Part shown: positions 27,223 through 39,200 of the stretch, one piece after another
Layout: each line of letters starts with the position of its first letter
Numbering within the stretch: the stretch's first letter is position 1
From: Amphiscolops sp. MND2022
Lineage: Eukaryota
Direction of reading: 5' to 3'
Assembly (NCBI GenBank): GCA_964187785.1
Contig: OZ076415.1
Span: 64,790,001-64,854,000, forward strand
Length of the DNA: 64,000 bases
The notes under the pieces: model-generated
The model's database searches: none
Told to the model about the DNA's origin: nothing
What the model saw: the letters and a program-made list of their open reading frames with translations, nothing else
Program-made: the position numbers and the translations under genes

Positions 27223-30200
27223 TCATAATTGTTGAGGATAATTTTCAATCATCTTTCTGTCATTAACTCTCCTCTCGGCCACTAGAATGCCAACTGCGCA
27301 GAATAAAAAATTGAAGGATATTATGCAAATTACCCAGGGTATATGCATGGTTTTGTAGAGATATACCATAACAACCCCTCCTATAGTGCACACGAATTGG
27401 TAGACAGCGAACGCCTGAACCGGGGTGTTCAAAAATGGGATGAAACCCCCTAAATGTAACACCAAAAGTATCCGAGTAGTTTCCACAAAACTCACATTTG
27501 AAAATGGGACATATGACTTGATTTGAGACACATTTCCGACTTGAAGTTGACAGCAGGAACATTTTTATTCAAATTTTTGTAGACCTCAATTTGGTCGAAA
27601 ACATGACGAAACTGTGACTTCGTAATAATTTGCTCAGAATACATGTCACTTCATCTGTGAAACGTGTAGCTGCTTAAACACATTCAAATTGAGTAAGTTG
27701 ACAGTCATTATTGCCAATCCCCGTGATCAAAGTTTGATACTAGAGACACTTTGTTCATGAACAAAAAAACGGTGCGCAAATTTTTCGAGCTCTTGAAACT
27801 GCTAATAGTTGTCAACAAAGATTTAAAAACAATTTTCACTTTTCATCTTGCCATTCAGCTTTTCAGTGATTCAGAGAAGACAACATACAAAGTGAAAAAA
27901 GTTCGCATATCGAAAGTGAAAGCAAAATAACTGGTGAAAAGTGTCTAAACTTTTATGAGAGTTTGAACCCTCCTTCTTTGGCGGCCGGCATATAACGTCA
28001 AAAGAAACAAGGTCCAGACGTTTCGACAATTAAAACATCCAAAAAAGGCAATTGTGATCTACCATGCTCACACCTTTAGTGCCCTTGAAAGGAGGAAGGG
28101 AAGGCTGCACCATACAACAAGTTTACCAATCGGTTTTTCCTTTTCAGGTAAATTTTTGGAAGACCTGTTTTGGACTTGAATAAATAGTCTGAGCTGTCAA
28201 TCAAAAAGTGCGACACGCGTTACAAAAAGTCTGTGATGAAAAATTGAGCTCGTTTTTTAAATTAGGTTCAAGGTACCTGCCAAATCTGTCTGAAAAAGTT
28301 GCGCAAAAGAGAACAAAAACATTCGTACTAGGTGAACCAAAAAAAACGGAACGCACAAAAATTTCAGTGTTTAAAAATTGTAATATTTGTAAACAATTCG
28401 CTGTTAAGCATTCACTTTTTCGGTCAAGCATTCAAAATGAAGCTTTTATTACGTAACCACATCTTCAACAGAGCATGCTTTAAACTTTCCGACAAAGTCT
28501 AGACATCTTTACCAGTCAATTTGTTGGCACTTCGGATGTGTGAAAGCTGAATTTTAGCGTTCAAAGTTGTTTTGAATCATTTTGTTGACAAATATTTGAC
28601 ATTTTGAGAGCATAAAATGTTTTGTGCGTTCCGTTTTTTTTGTTCACCTAGTAGAACTGCCACACACTACACTAAAGAACCGACACAATTGAAAGCTTTT
28701 TTCATACATAATTTTTTTTCGAGCACCCCTGCCTGGTTGTTTTCGAGGTTGCCAGGAAACCAACTGGCCAAGCACACGTATATTTCAGTCTCAATGATGC
28801 AATCGTAGAACCCAAAGAAGATGTTAGTGGAGCAGAAGCAAAATGCCGTGAAGAGATTTGTGAAGTCAATGTTTTCAGCTGTTGGTTCCCAGAGGTCCGT
28901 ATGGATGGGTATCAGACGAAGCAGCATGAGCATGGAAAAACAGAGAGCGGATCCCCCACAACACAGAAAGAACTCCAGCAGAAATTCCGGACTCAGACAT
29001 TTCGGCACCATGAATCTATAACAGTTTGTTTGGAATTGAAAGTATGTGAATTCGCCATTCCCGGATGGATGCAACTCAATATGCGATTCTATGCAATTGG
29101 AATCGCATGGAATTGTGTTGAACATGTGGTTACATGTATGGAAATGCATGAAAACCTCATGAATTCGAATATGGGTTGTCTTGCGGAGCAACCAGAGGCA
29201 TTCATCATTAAAGACTGGTCATAGGATGGAACGCAAAAGTTTGACTCCTACTTAATCATTGTAAGATCATACAACAACTTTACAAATTTCGTATCATTTG
29301 AAAAGTGCCATATTTGGTTAGGTCTTTGATCAGTCTGGGCACGAAACAAATTTTTTAAGGGTCAGATGAGTTTGGTCGAAATTAAGGTATATATAGCACT
29401 TGTATGACCTTTTCAAATGATTCAACGTACCCCGATTTCACTGACAAACAGCAACTGGAATCAACTGAACAGATATGGCACATCAGTTCCAAAATCTTTC
29501 AAGCAGACTGTTCGCTGCAATGTTCCAAGATTCTTCAACAATTTTTTCAAAGAATCCATTATACAAGAACTATATATAAGAACTATATATAAGAACTATA
29601 TACAAGAACCATTATACATTATACAAGAACTTTTAAAATATCTTGGCGGTTCAAAAAACAAGCCGGGAAGGGCAAGGGTCGGCGCCATAACTGAGGCTCA
29701 AAAATAGCAAAAGGACTTCAAAATGTCAAATATTCTCTTTTTCAGTACCCGAAAAACCTAAAAGTTGGACCGAATTGGCGCGCCGACGGCCCGCTAGCGC
29801 GTACCCCTGGAGCGCTAAAAGGGGGGACCCTTTCGGATTTTTCAACATTTCTGTCGCAAACATAAAAAACATTGAACGGAGGACCCTTTGGTGAAAAAAA
29901 ATCCAAGAAAAAATCTCACAATGCCGAAAAACTGGAAGGGGAGACCCTTTAGTCTCTCACGGTATTGTATGTTGCGCTGAAAAAAGGAACAACTCTTTTG
30001 GTTAAGTTCCTTGGGCCAAATGGTCCAATTTGACACCTTATAATATTGTAGAACTTTTAAGAACTATTTTGGCCAGTTCGTGCGGATTGAAAAAATCCAC
30101 TACTATAGTCGCGTTTCACTTCATGAAGCGCCGACTAAAAATGCAAAACTAAGTGGAATACTTTGGGAGGTTTGAAGGAATCCTGCACAAGATCCTTGCA

Positions 30201-33200
30201 AAGAAAACTTTTTTATACAAAAAATGACAGCGTCGCATGGAGAAACAAAGGTGAAATCGTACATCCCACCTGTGTTCTGACACCGCTAATCAGCGAATTA
30301 GCGGCCGCTCAGAATCATTCAGCGATTTTATCAGCGATTCAAATTAGCGACAACTGATAGATTGTCCAAATTCGAAATATCTTCTAGTATACACGGAGTT
30401 TCAAAATTAGTTCCGAAAAATTCCAACTCTTATCCTTGTAAGACCCACAAAGTATGAAAAATTTAGTCTTTTTTTTCGCAAAAACTGAAAGTTAAGTTAA
30501 AATTAAGTCACTTCCTTCAAAATATGCTCGAAGCTTACCATTTAATAATTTTCAGAAAAAATTTTTCAGAAAAAATATTGATTTCGAAATTAGCGGTTTA
30601 GCAATTAGCGAAAAAAAATAGCGATCAAAAAACCCTGTTACACCCCCCAACCAATCACCAATCAAAGGTGAGCTCACCTGAGGAATGCGGCCACTATCTC
30701 ACCTATACCGACCAGAAGAGCTGCTATGTCCATGTAAAACTCCATTTCTTCTTTCTGTCTGCGGAGATCCTTCGAAGTCTGCTGTTTGTCGATTGTCGTT
30801 CCACTCAGAGTCCTCCAGAACTCGACCGTCATTCCATCCAGGAAAAAGATAGGGTACATGTACAGGAGCACTTTCTCAGGGAAAGACAGTTTCACCCCTT
30901 CGGTCGCTTCCCAGAAGGCACGCACTATGGTCTTCTGAAACCAATACACTGATTTCGCTCAAACGAGTTCCAATAAGACCAATACATTGATTTCGCTCAA
31001 ACTTGTTCCAATAAGACTCTTTCGTATTAATCAAAATCATTCTTGTCGAACAATAAAAACCTGATTTGGAGCACAATCAGTTAAATAAGCTGTCGGATTC
31101 TAAAGACAAGGATCGTACTACTCATCAGTAAAAAACCATAGTTTATCGACACTTTTTTGGGTATATTATCGGGATTGATGTTGGCGATGATTGGTTTTCA
31201 TCAACAAAGTTTCGGATATTTTAATGTCTGATGCCTTGCTTCTAGAAAAAGGTGTATGTAATAGAATGGAAAGCAGGTTAGGTTACATTCAGAAAACTAG
31301 CATCTCTTGGTCATTAAAATTTCATTCGAGCAATCTGAATTCCAACAGCGTGGATGCATCATTGGTAAAAATTTCACCGCTTTGCACTATGAGCGCAATT
31401 CCGTTTAAAATCATGAAAAATCATTTCCGAACTTCTCAAGATATTCCCCTTCCTTTCAACGCCCTACTCTATCCAAAATTTTTTTAGTTCAAGCATTGTG
31501 AAGTTTGGAGAAGAGTTGTTCCCTATGTTTTTCAAATTTGCCCTTAAACAAAGCCTTGGTCAGTAGATATGCACAAAGGATTTTGGTGGCACAGCTCTGA
31601 ACTTTTACCGTGTCTACGGGGTAGACGCCTAAAAAGCAGTTTTGCATTTTTAATTCGGTGCCCTTTTGGATACTATCTCCCCATAGCAAGCTTTGGTACC
31701 ACATTTCCAGCCAAGTGGTCAAGTAATGGTGGACTTGAAGCGGTGGTTTCAAAGTGACTTGCTCAAGGTCACAAAGGTCTGACTGCTCACCGTTGCTCTT
31801 TTTATTATTTTCCGCCCATATTTCATATGGGAAAGGAAATATTTAAATCGAACGGGTTTTTTTTCTTACAAAATTTGCCAAGAAGTTATTTATATCAAAG
31901 CTAAAGGGTTTCACCCATAGAATTCAGCTCACATAAATTTAGCTTCGTGCGATTTGTATTTGTGGAGATTTCCGGACTTTTTTAGTTGACCCCAAGGACC
32001 CCAGAATGACCCCAAAAAAATTCAAAAATGACCCCAAAAGGGAAAAAATTTGCATTTTTTTATGCTTTAATGCAATTTTTGTCAAGTTTCCGATAAATGT
32101 CGTGGATTAGAATGTTGAAAAGATTCACAAAGACAAGAACTCGTTGTCCAGTAGTCGTTTATGAAGAGATAAATGCGGTTTTTTGGAAAGAAAAAGACCC
32201 AAAAATGACAAAGAAAACCAAAAACTTCCAGACTTTTAACGTTTTTAAGCAATTTTTGTCATATTTTCGATAGAATTTGAGGACAAGAATGTTAAAAACG
32301 ATCAACATGGTACAAGTTTGTTGTCCAGTAGGCGTTTCAGAAGAGATAACGGCTGTTTTTATTTGCAAAAAGCTTCAACTTGACACCGAAAATGACAAAA
32401 GTCCCTAAATTTTCCATTTTTCAAAGTTTCTACGCATTTTTTGTCAAATTTTGGAGACTTCGTGGTTTGGAATGTTTTAAGGGGTCAACAAGGAAAACGT
32501 TGGTTGTCCATTAACCATTTTTAAGAGTTTATTGCATTTTTCTAAACAACAATGTCTCAAATTGACACCGAAATTGACAAAAAACACAAAATTTTCCAAT
32601 TTTCAAAGTAAAGTTTTATGCATTTTTTGTTAAAGTTTCACAGACTTCGTGGATTGGAATGTTTTAAAGGGTCAACAATGACAAAATTGGTACGTCCCAT
32701 AGTCTTTATTCTTTAATGAAGAGATAATTGCAATGTTCTGATTGAAAATGTCTCAAATTGACACCGGAAATGACAAAAATCCCAAAAATTTCCAATTTTC
32801 AAAGATTTCATACATTTTTCCAAATTTTTGACAGACTTCGTCAATTGGAACAATGAAAAGGGTCAACAAGGAAAATAAGTGTTGTCCATTATGCTTAGAA
32901 AAGAGATAAAGGCAGTTTTTCAATAGGAAATTGTCCGGAATCGACATCGAAAAACACAAAGTTTCGAAAAATTATCAAATTCCTTTTTTTTCTTCACTTT
33001 TTGTCAAAATATCGATAAACTCCGTGGACTACAGTGTTTAAACGCCTAAGGCGTGGGCAAACTTGTTGTTTCGGTGAGCTTTCGTTACGAGATAAGTTCA
33101 ATTCGTAAAAGAAAAGGGCCTCAAATTGACCTAAGATGTCAAAATTTCGAAGTTTTTGTCGTTTTTGATGCAATTTCTGTAGATTTTTCGAAAGACTTTG

Positions 33201-36200
33201 TTCTAAGTTCGCAATCCACTTAACAACGAAAAAACGAGCTATGCAATGTTTTCTTCAAGAGAACATTACATGTTTTGCTTCACAAACACTTCAGAATGAC
33301 TCCAAAGGAGTCGAAAAATTTCAACTTTGTTTTTGTGCAACTTGTGTGCTTTTTGAATCATTTTGGTGTCAGAATGTCAGCAAACGTTCAACAAAGACTG
33401 AACTCTTATTCAATTAGGCTTTCAGGGGAATATTTGCAGATTTCGGTTGGAAAATGGCTGAAAAAAGACCGTAAAAAGTCGAAAGCTTGAAAAGTTTTGT
33501 CGATTTCTCACATTTTCAGTGAATTTTTTTTGAGATTGGAAAATTTTGGTAAACTAAAAAGTTCAAAACGCTCGCGTTGATATACTAGGTCCGGAACACG
33601 GTTTTAAAGAATGCCTAACTTATGGTCGGAAGTTTCCTCAAAATGACACAATTTTTTCAACATTTTCAGGCAGTTTTTTGTTGAATTTTCGAACTACTTC
33701 CTTGCATAAAATGGTTTTAAACACTCAACACTAACTCATCCGGGTATCTCCAGTTGGCAATTTTCAAGAGATAACTGCATGTTTTGTTAGAATTGGTCTC
33801 AAAAACACCCAAAATCCATGAAACAACAAAAAAGCACGTTGTTTGACAAACTAATTCCATTTTTTGTTCAAGCCACGAAAGTTTTTAAGGAAGAGAAATT
33901 CCAATGACCCCAGCGTTTAAACAAAAAGGTATTCAAAACGCAATTGTGGGAAAAAGAGGCATGAAGTTCATCGAGTTTACAGCAAAGATGTCAAACTTTC
34001 CGAACTTTCTTTATTTTCGACAACATAGTCCCAATTTTGGACACTTTCCTAAACATTACTTCAATGAGAAATATCATAGGCTCAGTATTGAAACGTCTAG
34101 TTACCGGTAGTGATCCGTAAAGATATCAGACAAGTTTATTCGCACAACTTTCAAATACTTTACTTGAAAACGTAAATTTCAACCTCATTTGTCCAATATT
34201 TGTCATTCAAAAACCTCCAAGCAAATTCATTAGAAATGGAGTACATCTTCCTAAGAAAGATGTTTCGAGCTACTCGTGGGTTAGATGGTGTAAACATTCA
34301 ACAACAGCTAAACTTGGTATCCAGTAGGCTTATTTTTGAAGAGACATCTGTAGATTCATGTTCGAAAATTTCCTCAAATTGACCCTAAACTTGTCAAAAC
34401 TATTTGTAATTTTTGACAATTCTGGTGAAACAATGTACAAAAATATAACAAACCGGGATTGCTCAACTTTCCTAATTTTGAAACAGACCTAATTTCAAGC
34501 TTTTACAATTTTCTCTTTTACCATTTATGTCGAAACGAGTTTCAGCTCGCGAAACTGCTTTTCTCAAGCCGAAATGTGCTATGAAAGCAAGGGGTACACT
34601 TTGACCAAATGAAAGTACAAAGTCAAAAAAAACTTAAATGAGCTATTTCGCACAATCAAAAAGAAAACTCATCAGTTCCACATGATCAAAAGTAACAAAG
34701 AGGTCACCCTCAAGACTCGGGAAACTTGTTTCCTTTACAGAAAACCTCAAAAACTAAAAATTTTGAAACCTTTCTTTTTTCTCGGTAAGTCGCATAGTGC
34801 CGAAAAAACGAAAAGTGACCAGCTCTCTGAAATAATAAATTAGGGGTTTCCTTTAAAGTGGGGTACGATGAATCAAAGTTTTCTTTTCTTCGAACTTATT
34901 GGCGTTTTTATAGTGCATTGGCTTATTCTTGAGCCTCAAACTTATGTAGTTGTAGAACAGTTCGGGGCGGAAAATATCCCGCTGCTCAGCGGGCGTCTTG
35001 TTTTGTTTTTCTCCGCCAAATGCGTTATTTCTTGTCACTGACCAAACCACTAAGCTAGGGATGAAGGACTTGCTTAAGGACCAACAATGGTGAGTTGAGA
35101 AAGATTCGAACTTGATACCGCCCAGTACAGGTCGAATGCTCTAACCACTACACCATAATCAGAATTTGTCTCAAAGATTTAACTTCAATTAAATAAACAA
35201 AATTTTTCTTACGTAGGCAGTTCCTTTCTTCAACTTAGGACTGCCCTTTTCGTCTGTATTGGTGCCAGCGGGGTCGTGGTAGAGAAAGAGCAGAATCAAT
35301 CCCAGGGTTCCTATCGCAATGGAGAGTACCAGGAAGGACACTAGTCAAAGATCAACACACTAGTTCAAATAACATCGGCGAAGGTGCTCGGTTTACCGCT
35401 CGGTTTACAAAAAGATTACCGCTTCGGTTTATTCATTGTTTGCCGTTTAAAAACACTCTTTCAAACCCAAAGAGTCCTCCTTTTTGTATTTCTATATTCC
35501 ATCTTTGGTTTTTGTCAATTCAAGTCGGAAAAATGTTGCTTTAGGCCCAAAGGAAACTTTTCGGCACCGTGAGAATCCTCAGTTTCGTAAGAGCAGCCTC
35601 TTAGCATATTTGAAAGGTAGAAAAAAACTTCTTTGACCTCTACGGGTCCTCCTTTCTAGTTTTTCGGCACTGTGAAAAGTTTTGAAGTTTTCAAAAGTCA
35701 ATGCTGGAACAATATGAAGCATTTTGCGCTCTTTCGGCTCTTTTTTGCTAAATCATTATTTTCAAACATTTAGGTGCGTATTCATAGTGCATATATGAAT
35801 TTTGTTCACATTTGAAACACTCGGCGAAGCAATTAAGATATTAACTTTCTCAGTATTTTGCTTTATGACTGTAAGATGTAAATTTCGCAACTGCGCGCTG
35901 ATCTGCAAATCTGCACTGATGAACGACTATTTTTTGATAGTTTCTACGAAAAAAAACAGAAAAATAAACTAGTATCCACCAGATGTTATCAACTAAAGAT
36001 TATAGAATTACTTTCAGAATTACTATCGAACTTATCGGAGACAACCGTCATTTTTTGGCAACAATATTCAAAAGTCTTATTCGTTTTGTGGGGAAACTAA
36101 TAAAAATAGCTCGAGTTTTGAACCATCGCGTTTCTGGAACATATGCGTGAACAGCTGTTCATCATTGAAGAAAACCAGTCGAAGGAAGTTTGCAAGCACC

Positions 36201-39200
36201 ACTGAAGATTTGAAGAAGAAGAAAAGCACAGCTGTGTGTTGGTGGATTGTGTTTCTGGCACGTGACAAAAGGCATTGAGATCTACTGTTTTATGTCTCAG
36301 ATTTGATTGGCTGTCGAAATATTTTCATCTCTTTTTCTCGATTTGTATGATATCAAAGAAAAACAAAATCAGTTGAACAACATTGCGGCTCGAACACGGG
36401 ACCTCTTGGGTGAAAAACGAATGGGCTGAGGCCTAAACAAAATTGTTGATTGATGGTTTCACTGCTTTTCAATTGAATAAAATTATCATTCTTGTCACAA
36501 TTTTTTTTATTATTTTCCGTCCACATATAATGCGGGATAATTTTTCCCCAAATTCTGCCGAATCTCCACGATCTCCATCAACTGTGTTGACTATTTAATT
36601 ACTTGACTTTTCTAGTTACTAGTAACTAAAATAGTCAAGTAAGAAGGCAAAAAATATCCGTCCAGCGGGCGTCTTGTTGACGCATATTAGCGGGCGTCTT
36701 GTTGACCGTGCAACTCGTCCATTTTTCAAAGAAAGCACAAAAAGTTGAATTCAACAAGAACGCATTTCCGGTTAACTAATCATTCATGATTAGTTAACCA
36801 TGGTTTTTCACTAACTATTCATGGGTTGGCGATGGTGAGAATTGTTTGTATGGTATCTATGGTTCATGGATAAAAAATCCTGATTCATCGATTATCATGA
36901 ATGAAAAACATGAAGATAACATAACCTTTGCTTTGTGTATTAAATCAGATGATCAAAAACACCCAATCTTTTTAGATATATAGTCAGAAATGATTTGTAG
37001 TGAAAAAAGCGCATTTGCTGCACACCAAATAATACAGGAAAAAGAACATAGCCTTGAGAAACTAGTTCAAACGCTATAAGATTGAGTGACAGATGTATAA
37101 AAAACAAGGGAACGGCCCAAGTCGTCTCCATGTCTAAGTCTCAACAAATTATGTGAAATTTTCGGGAAAAATCGATAATGTTATGCGAGAAATGAAAACG
37201 TTATATCCGAACTTTGAAAACGTTATATCCGAACTATGAAAACGTTACATCCGAACTATGAAAACGTTACATCCGAACTTTGAAAACGTTACATCGGAAC
37301 TTTGAAACGTTATATCAGAACTAAAATCCGGGTTAACCTCTTGGCAAAGAAGTTAAACAACTGCAAAAAAGTGGACCATTCAGAGTGAACTAAAAAAACT
37401 AGTTTCTGTAAAAGTCGGGCACTTTTATTAGGAAAAGCGCCGACTGAACACATGTCAGAATCATGGATGTGCATGCATTATTTTTGGATGACAATGCCTG
37501 TCGGAGTGCACAGTGATGGCCTTGCCGACCGATGTCCACATCACTCCGGCGTTGAAGCCAGACTGGAAGTTGTTGACGTAAGTGACGAACTCCAGAGGAA
37601 TCAGCTGGAGGATCCCAAACACATACAGATTGATCGCACCCAAGACTGAAACACCACTCATGCTGAAAGACGTTTTTGCCGTTTTTATTTTTCGCCCACA
37701 TTCAGCTCATAGAAAAATAAAAGAAAATTATTCGGTGTCTGTGCTTTTCTACACGTTTTGTCATACTCAAGTTTTATACAATAATGTCCCCCCCCCAGAA
37801 ATGTCAGAAATCACCGATGGACAATTAAGGTTTTAAGTTTTTGTATCTACGGAGATTACAATTTCTGTAGAAAATATGAAATTAATAATATTCAGTTTTC
37901 GATCTTTTACCAAATTCTGGAAAAACTCTGAATTTTTTCATTGGAATATGAATATCCATCCAAATCCAACGTCGCAAAACCTTAGCTCCTTAACAAGTGT
38001 TTTGAAACAAAGAGAAGTTGAATTTTTCTTTGACTATTTTTCTGGTTTTTTTCTGATCATTTTCCACATTGGAAAAAAAAACACTTTCACCTGCGTCTTT
38101 TCTCTAATTTTGTCAGGTTTCAATCTTTGCCAAAAAGAATTGAATTAAGGGTACCTAATTGCATTCATAAAAGAATTCATTAACCTCGGTTCTGTTCTCC
38201 TCGGTAGTTTTGGATGTTTCCAGAGATGTAAAGGTGTTCTAAAATTAGTTAGTTTTATTGACTCAAAAGTTTTCTCATCAACTTTTCTGCCCTGCTTAGT
38301 AATTTTTGGGGGGTTGGTTTGAAAAAAATGCATTCCTTACAAGGATCTTGCAAGATTTTCTTACAAGATCTTGAAAGTTAATGCATTTTTCTGCAAGACA
38401 TTTTGCAAGAATCTTGCAAGGAAAAAATTTTTCTTGCAGATTTTCAAGAAGGAAAAATTCGTGAAAGGTTCTTTACATAATTTGTTTTGTTTATATTAAT
38501 TGTTTTTAAAGCTCTAAGTTGACTACTGTATCGTGACTATCAGATTGATGCCACAAACTGCGTTTTTTTTCGAGGATTCCAGTACCAAAAAGATGCAAAC
38601 TCTAGGAATTATCTCTAAAAGTGTGATCGTAGTGAAGTTATTGAAATAGTAATGACATTTCAGTGAGGGAGCATTTAAAATAAAGTTCCAAAGTTTTTTG
38701 AAATTATTTTCATATTAATAGTGTTCTGTTCCGGTTAATGAGTCACAATTAGGCCGTGCATAATTTATTGATTAGAATTATATTTAAATTTGTTAAATTA
38801 CCCTATTAAAACAATAGTAATTAACGTTTTTGACACTATATTCAAACGACGACTTCGTTATCATGTTTTCTCAGTATGAAGTACATTGAATTCGAGAATC
38901 TTGCAAGGAATACATTTCCTTGCAAGATCTTGCAAGGAATGTGTTTTTTGTAAGGATCTTGCAAGATCGTTGCAAGGTATGCATTTATTCTACACCAGAG
39001 AACTGATGTTATTTCACCGCGTTTTGTATACCAATCGATTTGTATCGGAAACCTCGCAAAAGTTTCGAGGATTCTCCATAAGAAATCATTACATCATGTT
39101 TGCTTATACAGCTGATATTATGGCAATTGTTTTCGATAATCTTTACTATTCACACTGTTTTACATTATGTATGATTGTTGTGTTCTACTTACTGATAGTT

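Noticed and set aside
31200-31460. Minus-strand exon-like stretch with three in-frame TGA codons that would read well as Trp (GIS*EVRK*FFMILNG...), hinting at recoding
   Set aside because: The flanking MFS exons join cleanly without it, use TGG for Trp, and other genes here end at TGA; best explained as intronic chance or decay.
31489-31752. 87-aa minus ORF as an extra MFS exon
   Set aside because: Exons 35340-35213 and 30934-30678 already join in phase and cover the aligned region; no family motif.
37193-37322. CRISPR-like array (also 14033-14118)
   Set aside because: Head-to-tail minisatellites with no unique spacers, in eukaryotic DNA with no cas genes.
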